Source: Negaprion brevirostris
Taxonomy: Eukaryota
Reading direction: 5' to 3'
DNA length: 64,000 nucleotides
NCBI GenBank assembly: GCA_030324005.1
Contig: JARDVH010000169.1
Span: 12,586,198 to 12,650,197, forward strand
Part shown: piece by piece, positions 1 to 10,581 of the stretch
Position numbering within the stretch: position 1 is the stretch's first letter
Layout of the letters: each line of letters starts with the position of its first letter
The notes under the pieces: model-generated
What the model saw: the letters and a program-made list of their open reading frames with translations, nothing else
Databases searched by the model: none
What the model was told of the DNA's origin: nothing
Made by a program: the position numbers and the translations under genes

Positions 1-87
1 TTTAGCATGGCCAGTGCACCAAACCAGCACGCCTTTCAGACTGTAGGAGGAACCCAGAGCTCCCAAGCCGGGAATTGAACCTGGGTC
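1..87 (-). mobile_element. HE1-like V-SINE fragment
   Basis: tttagcatggcca...gggaattgaacctgggtc is the reverse complement of the SINE body and B-box seen in the other copies. Confidence 0.75.
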
Positions 88-103
88 ACTGAGTCAGAAG
101 ATC

Positions 104-125
104 CTATATATATATATATATATAT
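104..125. repeat. (TA)n microsatellite
   Basis: Direct TA run. Confidence 0.9.
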
Positions 126-1124
126 GTTTTTAAATATACACATGTTTATTGTGTTTTCTGGTGAATTTGCCTCTTGTTGATTGATATGGCATGTTGAGAT
201 TTCTAAAAGTCAAAGGCAAATTGAAAAGCTTTGTGTTTGCAATGATATCTGGGTGTATGTAACTTTTAATTCTTGCGACCTGCTTTGAAACTTGCTCTGT
301 TCCTGTTATTTTCAATGGACTCCTAAGCAGTGTTCATCTTTTAATTGCACCTTTTCCCAGAAAGGAAAATGGTCCTTTTTTCTGAGATCACAAATAATCC
401 TTTAGTCCTCTTTTTTGCGTATCTTTTATTAGCTGACCTCACATCTGAAAATTAATACTTATCCACAAAACAAAAAGTGGAAGAAACTTGGAGGCACTGA
501 TACCTGCTGCTTTATTGATTCTAGATTCATGTTATTTGAGCTTGTGAAATTGAACCTATGTTAGTTTGTAGGTTAATGGATTTTTCTAGTTGTTCATCTC
601 TCACGTGTCAGGTCCATTCACACCTGGTTCGCAGTGGCCAGCCTGTACTTTAATAGCATTAGTTCTCAAGATCTCACTTACTTGATTGTGGTGGTTTATT
701 TATGCTGTACACTCAGTTGTGATAACAATTTCAGTTGCAATTTGTTAAGGTGATAACTAAAATTTGTGTTTTTTATTCCCTCTGGCATTGCTCACTTGAT
801 CATACCCTGTGTAGTCACTCGTAAAAAAGGAATATTTTGTTTCTGTTAACACATTCCCCCAAAATTGTATTCTAGTCAGACTGGCTGCTGCAGGAATTAC
901 AATTATTGTAAACAAAATTACCCCTTGGATAAATAATTGTTAAAACTATCTGACTGAGTGTTTGGGGAATGGGGGGGTGTGGGGGCACGTGGTGTAAGTG
1001 CTGGAATGGCTATATTTTTGTGAGCACGAGCACTACTCATTTTTAATCCTTTTAGTTTATGTTGATACATAATCATTTGATCCAGATGTGTATAATTTGT
1101 GCTATGTTCTTACATAGTCAAGAT

Positions 1125-1230
1125 AGGTATAGAGGGATGTGGGCAAATGGAACTAGCTTTGTGATGAAAAGTGGACGGCACGGATAAGTTGTTGCCATGC
1201 TGTAAACCTCTGTGAATCAATGACTATGAC
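1125..1230 (+). mobile_element. CR1/HER1-like LINE 3' tail
   Basis: ggtatagagggatgtgggcaaatgg...ccatgctgtaaacctctgtga aligns with the tail of the copy at 51005-51122. Confidence 0.7.
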
Positions 1231-1487
1231 CCTAAAATATCCTGGTTAAATTTTGGTCGGGAAAACCCTGGTTTGATTGAGGTAGTTGGAGATGGCCGGG
1301 GACTGGGATCAGTTTGCAGTCGCAGTTTCACATTTGCAGTGAGTGGGCCTACACTTCAGTAACACTATAGATATTGAGATGATGGCTGCCATTGTGAGTG
1401 AAGTTGTGGATGACGCTCTCAGCTCCCCAGCACAGAGTGTTGGTGGCCACATTGATGAACTGCGAGATAGCCTAAAGATGAAGCAGA

Positions 1488-2034
1488 GTAGCTGACATGC
1501 CAAATTTCCTTAGTCTTTTGAGAAAGTAGAGACATTGGTTGGCTTTCTCAACTATAGTGTCAGCATGGGGGAAGCAGGACAGGTTGTTGGTGATCTGGAC
1601 ACCTAAAAACATGAAGCTCTCAACCCTTTTTACTTTGTCCCTGTTGATGTTGACAGGGGCATGTTGTCTTCCATGCTTCCTGAAGTTGATGACAGTCTCC
1701 TTTGTTTTGTTGACATTGAGGAAGAGATTATTGTCACTCTACCAGTTCACCAGATTCTCTATCTCATTGCTGTATTCTGTCTCGCCATTGTTTGAGATCC
1801 AACGCACTACGATGGTGTAATCAGCAAACTTGAAAATCGAGTTGGAGGGGAATTTGGCAACATAGTCATGGATGTATAAGGAGTATAGTAGAGGGCTGAG
1901 GACACAGCACTGTGGGGCATCAGTGTTGAGGATGATCATGGAGGAAGTGTTGTTCCCAATCTTTACTGATTGTGGTCTGTGGATTAGGAAGTTCAGGATC
2001 CAGTTGCAGAGGGAGGAGCCAAGGCCCAGGCCAC
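1488..2034 (-). mobile_element. Rex1/Babar-like LINE reverse-transcriptase fragment
   Basis: Minus-strand [42 protein letters not shown] (PQG-VLSP and FADD RT motifs); closely homologous to the copy at 32437-33528. Confidence 0.85.
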
Positions 2035-2568
2035 CTGGAGTATTGCACGCAGTTTTGGTTTTCTCACCTAAAAAAGGATATACTTGCTGTTGAGGGAGTA
2101 CAGTAAAGGTTCACCAGACTAATTTCTGGAATGGCAGGATGTTCTATCAGGAGAGATTAGGTTGACTAAGGCTATATTCACTTCCTTGAGTTTAGAAAAA
2201 TGAGAGGGGATCCAATTAAAAGGTATAAAATTTTGACATGGCCAGACTGACTGGATGCAGGGATGTTTTTTCCTGTAACAGAGGGTATAGAGCAAGAAGT
2301 CCGAATCTGAGGATACAGGGTAGGCCATTCAAGATTGAGATGAGGAGAAATTTTTCCACTCAGAAGTTGGTGAACTTGTGGAATTCTCTACCACAGAAGA
2401 CTGTGGAGCCTAAGTCACTGAATATATTTAAGAATGATTTAGGTTTCTAAACTCTAAAGGTTTTAAGGAATCTGGAGAGAACGTGCGCATATGGTGTTAC
2501 GATAGAATTACAGAGCAGGCTCGAAGGGCCAAATGGCCTATTCATGCTCCTATTTTCTATGTTCCTAT
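2030..2568 (+). mobile_element. CR1 (HER1-like) LINE 3' fragment
   Basis: Decayed PHLEYC.QFW...EGVQ.RFTRLI and FKIEMRRNFSTQKLVNLWNSLPQ (CR1 ORF2 C-terminus), then a gggccaaatggccta hairpin and ttctatgttcctat tail. Confidence 0.85.
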
Positions 2569-2598
2569 TTGCTTTGAAGATAGGAAAATACCATAACG

Positions 2599-2768
2599 AT
2601 AGAATCGTAGAATCCCTACCATGCAGAAGGAAGCCATTCAGCCCATCGAGCCTGCACTGATAACAATCTCATCCAGGCCCTATTCCCTACATATTTACCC
2701 TGCTAATCCCCTAACACTGGGATCAATTTAGCATGGCCAATCAATCTAACCCAGACATCTTTGAACAC
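2599..2768 (-). mobile_element. HE1-like SINE, 3' half
   Basis: Reverse complement of the ...ggcttccttctgcatggtagggattcta tail and the ggccatgctaaatt unit. Confidence 0.8.
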
Positions 2769-5700
2769 CATGATGTCCAAATAATACAGCATGATGTATT
2801 AGTTTGAATATGTTTTAAGTAAACACAATCTGTTTGAGTGAGACAAAAGAATAAATCCATCTGCAGGATGGAAAGTGCGAGCAAAGGTGAAGCTGTTGAA
2901 TGTAAAGTTATCTAGAACAATAATAAATCTAGTTGGTCTCTGTCTATCATTTGATGCTGTATTATTCAGATCCTCAATTACAAAATAAAATTGAGTTTAC
3001 CCAGCAAGCAATGGAGCATCTAGACCAACCAATGCTTAATTAAGTGATGCAAACAGAAATAGCAATTTAGCAACAATAATCCAGATGTCAAAGTAGGAAT
3101 AGACAGACTGGAGGAATTTTAAAAGATGATATAATTTCTGTGTTAAAGATTCTAAAGCAATGAGATAATGGGGATTATGACAAATGATTTTGCCTTTCTA
3201 GTATTGTAGAACCAGACGACACACCTGTATTTAACCGAGGTGAGGGGGGTGAGTGGGGGTGGTTGGGGAGGGGGGGCAGTAGAATCGGGAAAAGAAAGGG
3301 CAAGCCCCCATCAGATGACAGTAGCTGCCATTTTCTGGTATATGAAGGTCCAGTCTTATAATGAATGAGAATGTGTTTGTGAATGAATAATTAAATGAGT
3401 GAATGGGTAGATGGGCTAGATGGATGGACAGACTAGTTGGTGGTCAATGGAGTCAGGTTGTCGGAGAGGTGATCAGGAAGTGTGGGGTTGGGGGCGGGAA
3501 TGGTGGTGGTGGGAAAGGTGTGGTGATTGGAGAGGTCTGTTGTGGAATTATCCAGTTGCTAGCCCAGGTTTGAAATTGTCCAACATTTCCTAGATAATAA
3601 TTGCATATCTGTCCCAAATTGGTGGCTCTAGCTGAGAGTTGGAAACATTAGCACAGGGTCCCAGGTAGCAGGAAATTTCTGATCAGAATTTTCAGCTCCT
3701 CAGAGAATTCCTATGTCTGTTTGCACATTAGGATTAATGTTATATGAATAGCATTGAAGGCAAACTTTTATTTTTTTTGGAGCATCTGAGAGCAACTGCT
3801 GCTTATGGCTTTTCTGTCTCCATCTGCATCACTATCTCTCTCCCATTGGGAGCGTATCTGGTCTGAGATGATTTAAATTCAAGGACCAAATCCCTATGCC
3901 AATTTCAAATGGTTGGGGTCAATGCATCCATTTTACTTGTGTTCTTGCTAACTAAATTGATGCAACCAACCTACTGGTATATCCAGCCTATCAATTTTAG
4001 CAGTAGAATTCCTACCTGGTGCATGGAAGAAAATGTAACTGATATGTAAACATAATCTGGTCTTTCATTCTTTAAAAGTAAGATTCTAAGACAGTAAAAA
4101 GTTTACTCAAATGACCAATGCTTCAGGTTGTTAATTACATCTTCAGTTCTATTTATTCACAAACTTCTTTTTGGTGCCACATTCTGGCTGACCTGTACCC
4201 TCCCTTTGATAATTTTATTGATATGCTCCTTGTATCTCTGGCCACAGGTTTCCTGGAGTGATATCAATATACAGGTGGGCTTATAAAGTGAATAACATGA
4301 ATAGTTGTTTGACCCAAATCTCTTTTCAACAACTAAGGAAGCTAGGTAGTTACGTGCATGGCACTGCTGCCTGGATATCAGCATGTCAGCGTACAAAAGA
4401 CCATGGAACAGCACCATGTCAGTCGGCAACCAAATAATTTATTATTCAATGAGCCCTGAAATAAACTTTCTGCCGAGACCATAGCCATTTTGAACACAAT
4501 TCTCAAGTGAATTCAGTAACATAAAGCTCTGGTTGTTTTGCAGTTGTTTAAACAAAATAGAGAAGTACAGTACAGTCAGTTTATTTTTTGTTTTGAAGGT
4601 GCCCTGGTCTAGAAAGTATCAGAATGCATAAGCAATTTGCGTTTAACCTCGATCATTACAACGGGTAACATCCCCTGATCATATTAATCGTATGTCAAGC
4701 CATCAGAATAAGCAAAAATAATTTGTGGCACAGTTGAGATTAAGAAAAAAAAATGTAATAATGGCAACTAACATTCACCCTGCCGGATGGAATTTGATCA
4801 AGGCTATAAGGTTGCTTATAATGAAAGTCATTTCTTGAACACATCAATTCAGTCAATGAAATGTCACCAGTCAGATAGCAAGATATATCAGCCAGAATGC
4901 CACTAGAAAGGTCCTAGATACAGAATGAATTTTTAAGAAGTAACTATTGAGGATCAGTCTATATACGCTCTAAATGTCAATATCTTTTTAATACGTTCCT
5001 TATTTTGATATAGGTGAACATGTTTGGTCAAATGGACCAGACTTTAGCTTTCCTTGTCATATTAAGATTTGAGTGTTGTACGCTGGTGGGACTAGTCGAA
5101 AAACACATTTCAAAAACATTTTAATCCACTGGTATATTTTGGTTTGATACCACATATGTAACTGATCACCTGATATTAATTTGATGCGACTGTTAAAATT
5201 CAATCTTTCTCTTAACAATTTTAACTTGTGCTTACAGCAGAAAGGCACTTTATATAACACTGGCATTTCCATTGACCTGAAATCTGGTAACTTATACAAA
5301 ATGTGAATGGGATAGTGTGCCACAGATCTAACAACTATACTTTTACCACAGCCTTCAGCACCATTAAGTTCTCATATACATTTGACAAGGTAATAAATGT
5401 CATAACATCTGACTGTGTCACTCAGAGCAAAATTCAGTCAAATTTACTTACAAGATAATTGCAGAAAAGCAGAAAAACCCATGAAAAGAATTAGAAGCCT
5501 AGTATATGACTGACTTCATCAACTGTTTCAAAGGAATNNNNNNNNNNNNNNNNNNNNNNNNNNNNNNNNNNNNNNNNNNNNNNNNNNNNNNNNNNNNNTT
5601 TCTAACATGGCAACAAGCTATCAAAGAAGAGATCTAAAATCTCTACAGGAAAATCCTGTCAGATCTTACAGAACTTTCTGAGACATCCAAAGCCAGACTT

Positions 5701-6064
5701 CTCTGACCAAAACAAAGAAGTTCTTTATTCTTAGTCAAGCAATCCGTATGTTAGTTATTTTGACAAGTTGAGGCTTTTTTGTTCATCCTTTGATTTCAAG
5801 GAAGACAGCCAGAATAGAGCACCCCAGTTCCTGCAGTAAGTCCCATGGTAACTAATGAGAATGATTTTTATCTGTGAATGAGTAGGTTCTTGATACACTA
5901 GGTTGGGATCTGATTTTTTTCAGTTGATGTTTGCTCTGCTGGCATCAGTGATGGGATAGGCCTAATCGTAGGAATTGGAATAGAATTTTTTCCCCCTGCT
6001 TCTTATCTTGACCAAGTTGTTCCCATTTTTGGGTATCTATTTTGCACTGTTTTAGAGTCGATCT

Positions 6065-6897
6065 AAAAGAAAGGCAAAATATTGCAGATGCTGGCGTCCA
6101 AAACGACAATAGAAAATACTGGAAAATCTGAGCAGGTTTGGCAGCATCTGGAGGCAGAGAAAACAGAGTTAACATTTTGAGTTGTTTTTCTCTTCAGAAC
6201 TAATGTGAGGAAAATATGTTGGATTATATACTGTATAAGACAGAGTTCAGCAGAACAGAAGATTAGTGGGAGCTGGGTAAGATTGCAATTAAGATGTAAC
6301 AAAACCTAATAACAAGTGACAGATGGCTTGGTAAGAGAGGAGGAGAGAAGGTTTTTGGAAAAGCTAAGGATGTTTGGGATATCCAAAAAAATAAAGATGG
6401 AGGAGAAAGGTCATAGTTTGAAATTGTGGAACTTAATGTTGAGTCCTGAGAGTTGTAATGTGCCTAATTAAAAGATGAGGTGTGCTTCTCTGGTTTGTGT
6501 TGGCTTCACTGGAGCTTTGCAGCAGTTGAAGGACGGACAGGTCAGCATGAACACAATGCTGAGGAGAAATAGCAAGCACAGGGAGGTTGGGGTCACACTT
6601 GCCAGCTAAGCAAAGGTATTCTGCAAAGCGATCACCCAGTGACCCACATGCGTTACCCCAAGCTTTCTGTTGCATGCCATCTGTTAGTTGTTCTTAAGTC
6701 CTGCTACATTTTAGTTGCAATCTTTCTCAGCTCCCACTAATTGCTGGCTTCTACTCCATTCCACCCCCTCTTATATGGTATATAATTCAACACATTTCCC
6801 CTCTCATTAGTTCTGAGTATGAGTCACATGGACTTAAATGTTCCCTACCAATGCTGCTAGACCTGCTGGGTTTTTCCAGCACTCTGTTTTTATTTTT
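6065..6897 (-). mobile_element. Penelope-like element remnant (GIY-YIG C-terminus between inverted pseudo-LTRs)
   Basis: Minus ORF 6433-6675 LGDRFAEYL...DPNLPV...HADLSVLQLLQSSSEA resembles the PLE GIY-YIG domain (LGDRFAEHL..DPDLPVA.HF..H.DLSV.GL). Imperfect inverted repeat of about 230 bp at 6100-6328 vs 6676-6895. Confidence 0.8.
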
Positions 6898-7069
6898 GTT
6901 TTAGTTTTTATATTTTTTTGCTCTCCACTATAAAATTTCTTCCTTGCTATCAGTACTCATTAAAAGATTAGCTTATTCTAATCTGATTATCAGACATTCG
7001 TGCCAATATGAACCAATCCATATCATCATCAGAGCAGGATAGTTTTCAGGTATTTATCTCTGAAACATC

Positions 7070-7235
7070 CCAAAAACAGATTGTTTGTTTGTTTTTGGGG
7101 CATTTGCTGTGTGCCAATTGGCTGACATTCTTCCCACGTTATAAACAGCAAGTGTACTTCAAAAGTCCTTCATTTGGGTTATAATGTGCGAGAGGATATC
7201 CTGTGGTTGAGAGGAGGAAGCCTATTTATTTTTCT
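7070..7235 (+). mobile_element. Deu-domain SINE (SacSINE1/AmnSINE1-like) 3' fragment
   Basis: ttgctgtgtgccaattggctg...cttcaaaagtccttcatttgg aligns with the copy at 13880-14198. Confidence 0.6.
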
Positions 7236-7788
7236 TTTAAGTTCATCATTGTGTCAACTTACTCAAGTGGGTCAGGTGTTAGTTGCAGTCTCTTGGCTAT
7301 TAGCTGTGTCATTTACTACCAACATGTGTCTACAAATTAAATTATTCCTAGAGTAATGTGAAATGGCACTTTTGCTTGTCTTGAACTTGAACAAAACACA
7401 GAACCTTCCAAACAAACTGGCACTGATTACTTTTTGATCAGGGTGTAGCACCACAAATGACGGCTAGCTATTTACCTCCCCGCAGAACTAAACTATCTCT
7501 TGATAAATGTGTCTATTATTTTTCTTCCCTGACACCAAGAAGAAAACAGTTCAATCTTGTCAATTTAAAGCATGTTATTCTATCCATTCTAACATCATAC
7601 AGAATATTTCTGTTGAGGTATGGCGGAGCTTTGCTTCTTTCACATTGACTTTAATGCTCTGTTGGGATATTTGATAATGGTGTCCATTTTGAAAGCAAAA
7701 TTGCCAACTGTGCACGGATTCCCCTGGCACAGTGTGTACGACGATGACTTGGAGAATCAGGAGTTGGTTGAAAAATGAGTTTTGCACC

Positions 7789-8097
7789 GGGTGCAAAACG
7801 GGTGGCACAGTGGATATCACTNNNGTTGCCTCACAGCACCAGGAGCCCGGTTGATTCTGGCTTTGGTCATTGAATGTGTGGGGTCTGCACGTTCACCCCA
7901 TATCTGCGTGAGTTTCCTCCGGGTGCACTGGTTTCCTCCCATGGTCCAAAAGATGTACAGGTTAGGTGCATTGGCTATGCTAAATTCTCCCTCACTGTAC
8001 CCAAACAGGCACGGGAGTGTGGCGAGTCGGGAATTTTCAGTCATTTCATTGTCGTGTTAATGTAAGGCTACTTGTGATAATAATAAATAAACTTTAA
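7789..8097 (+). mobile_element. V-SINE (HE1-like head) with alternative, non-CR1 tail
   Basis: ggtggcacagtgg A-box, V-domain gtttcctccgggtgcactggtttcctccca, and tail ...gtgttaatgtaaggctacttgtgataataataaataaac. Confidence 0.8.
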
Positions 8098-9330
8098 GCT
8101 GCAACCTTGTTGCAACCCTTCCAGATACATGGCCGGCCCCAATTGTGTTCCCGGATGGAGCTTACAGGAAACATATTAATGTTCAAATAACTTCCTTAGG
8201 ATCTCATTAGTGAACTTGGAGGCCAGTTCAATGGCCGCTTGAGATGCTCCCGCCCCTCCAGCCGGAAGTAACATGGGCGTGAATTGGCACAGGTCTTGAA
8301 AAGCAGGGACCTGGCAGACTGAGCACCAAAAGGACCAAGGAGATAAGTTGCCACTTGAAAGTTATACTGGGGTGGGGGGAGGTCTCACTAAGCACCTGTG
8401 GGTGGTGGTGTCCATGTTGGTAGTTAGAGGGACCTTGGAGGTTCCTTATCCCCACACCACAACCCCAGGACATGTCCTCTTGCTGTGGGGAAAGAGTTGA
8501 GAGAAATCAGTAAAATGCTGCTCTCAGGCAACTGACCTGTAATTATGTAGCCTAGTGTCAATTGCGTGTCTCACTTGTGATGTCCGCTCCTCCAGTGATA
8601 ATGTCATGTGCCTTGTCCATCTGTGAGTCTGCATTCATCTCAAAGGAATCCATAGGTACACTGGGCATGTTTGACTTAGTGACCCTGACTTGTTGGCACA
8701 CCCCCATGAACTGCTCCTACACAGTGGGGTTGTCAGGTGTATTTGGGATCTTGACTGTGGCGCTTGTACAAATCCTCTCAATGCCTCTCAGTCACAGCTG
8801 CGGACCTGGTTAAGAAGAGGGTCAGCTGAGGAGAGTTAAGTGAATGAGCACGTCAACAAGTATCAGATGAATCAGTGTTCTGCCAGTCAACCCATGTAAC
8901 ATTGATGAATTGCTTGTTGAGTCAATCACTCAAGGCCTCATTAAGGCTCTCACCCTTCTGTCACAGCTTTGCAGCTGCTCAATCTGGCCACATCCACCGT
9001 CTGGCCTTCCTGCTGGCATGGGCGCTTAGCCCCAAATCAGGAGAATGGGGCCTATATGCGTGCATCCAAATTCCTCACCTCAGCATCATGTTTCTGTTGC
9101 AACTGTTCAACCATCTTAATTTCCAAGAGGACTTGTGTGGAATTTATACTGGATAAAACACACTACATCAATTGTTCAAAGGAATCAAGTGTCCGGACAA
9201 GGATGTGGAAGAAAGGTATTAGAATGGACCTCTTCAACCTATCTCTCTAGTTCCTGTATCCATAACTATACTGTCATTCATTATATGAACAAAATTATTT
9301 ATTGGTAACTTGTCATGTTATTTTAATCAT

Positions 9331-9797
9331 AGTGCAGAAGCCTGAACTAATGATCCAGCAACGTGAGTTCAAATCTCACCATTCCAGCCAGGGAATTTAA
9401 ACTGAACTAATTGAATAAATCTAGAATAAAAAGGTAGGATGGAGACCACGAATCTAGCAGATTGTCAAAAAAAACCTATCTGGATCACTAGGGAAAGAAA
9501 ACGGCCATCCTTACGCAATATGGTCTTACGTGATTCCAGATCCATAGCAATGGTTGACTTTTAATTGACCTGGGAAAAAAATGCTAAATGGAAAAGAACA
9601 CCTGGCATCAAGCCAGGCTCCAAATACGTCAAGGGCCCGGCAAAAACATCCTCACTAACGTCTGGGAACTTGCACCAAGGTTTGGAAAGCTGTTCCACAC
9701 ACTAGTCCAACAACAGCCTGATGTGCTCAAAGAATCATACCAACATCCTAGATCCCTCCACCACTAACCCTGGATAGGTCCTGTCCCTGGGGGACAG
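9331..9797 (+). mobile_element. 5' end of CR1-group LINE: tRNA-like head followed by AP-endonuclease start
   Basis: 9331-9570 aligns with the SINE at 32086-32428. 9645-9790 reads NILTNVWELAPRFGKLFHTLVQQQPDVLKESY, then after a frameshift DPSTTNPG*VLS (APE motif I pattern NxxGL..K...L....PDI..TE). Confidence 0.65.
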
Positions 9798-10259
9798 CTG
9801 TAAATATACTGACCCTACTATAACGTAGTCCTAATTCAACTCCCAATTCAGCTGAAAACTGAAATTTTGTTTCATGCATCTGTAGCATTAGCCTGTGGTT
9901 CATTCTCAAATACACAAATTAAATGAAAGTGTCAAAACTTAAAATAACTTTCTCCAAAATAAATTATTCCTGCTTCACAAGAAGCACCCACAAAGGAGAA
10001 AACCTTTAATTGTATATCGTAATGTTATTTGGTAAGTATAGCTTGAGTAGCCTTTGTCCACAAATCCAAAAACCAAACACATCCAAAAGCCACACTTTTT
10101 TTTAACCGCATCGCCATTTAGCACAGGAAGTAACCCAGGCTGACATGACCAGAGCTGACACGAACATCATCAACTGCATCAGACCTTTATTGTTCAGTGG
10201 TACATCTTGCTTTTCTAGCCATGTTATTTATTTTAGACCATAGCTGGCCACTAGGTTTA

Positions 10260-10458
10260 GATGTGGATATGCCGGCGTTGGACTGGGGTAAACACAGTAA
10301 AAAGTCTGACAACACCAGGTTTTAGTCCAGCCGATTTATTTCATAGTAAACTCACTAGCTTTCGAGGGGATTCCCTCTTCTTCAGGTGAATGGAGAGTTC
10401 TGGCCTCAGACAGAGCGTATAAAGCACAGACAGTTTAGAGATTACTGATTAGAATGCG
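10260..10458 (-). mobile_element. Penelope-like pseudo-LTR
   Basis: gatgtggatatgccggcgttggactggggtaaacacagtaa...acaacaccagg is homologous to 12603-12712 and 55557-55734, and contains a hammerhead motif. Confidence 0.7.
10351..10390 (-). ncRNA. Minimal type-I hammerhead ribozyme motif
   Basis: Minus strand UUCAC-CUGAAGA-A-GAGGG-AAUC-CCCUC-GAAA-GC-UA^GUGAG: core boxes CUGANGA and GAAA, 5-bp stem II, palindromic AGCU stem III, CUA cleavage triplet, stem I UCAC/GUGA. Confidence 0.75.
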
Positions 10459-10496
10459 NNNNNNNNNNNNNNNNNNNNNNNNNNNNNNNNNNNNNN

Positions 10497-10581
10497 GTGT
10501 GGCGACTAGGGGATTTTCATAGTAACTTCATTGCAGTGTTAATGTAAGCCTACTTGTGACATTAATAAATAAACTTTAAAC
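10497..10581 (+). mobile_element. 3' tail of alternative-tail V-SINE
   Basis: gtgtggcgactagggattttcatagtaacttcattgcagtgttaatgtaagcctacttgtgacattaataaataaac matches 8017-8097. Confidence 0.75.

Noticed and set aside
4399-4428. REST/NRSE-like ccatggaacagcaccatgtcag
   Set aside because: Only half-site matches with the wrong spacing.
8100-9060. GC-richer block possibly derived from a DNA transposon (similar blocks at 3230-3720, 30960-31260, 33870-34370, 40563-41210)
   Set aside because: No TIR pair, TSD or protein motif could be fixed, so left unannotated.
10351-10390. Identity with the ultraconserved amniote intronic hammerhead HH10
   Set aside because: HH10 lies in C10orf118 (CCDC186), a different gene from C10orf11, and this motif sits in a repeated Penelope-like sequence.
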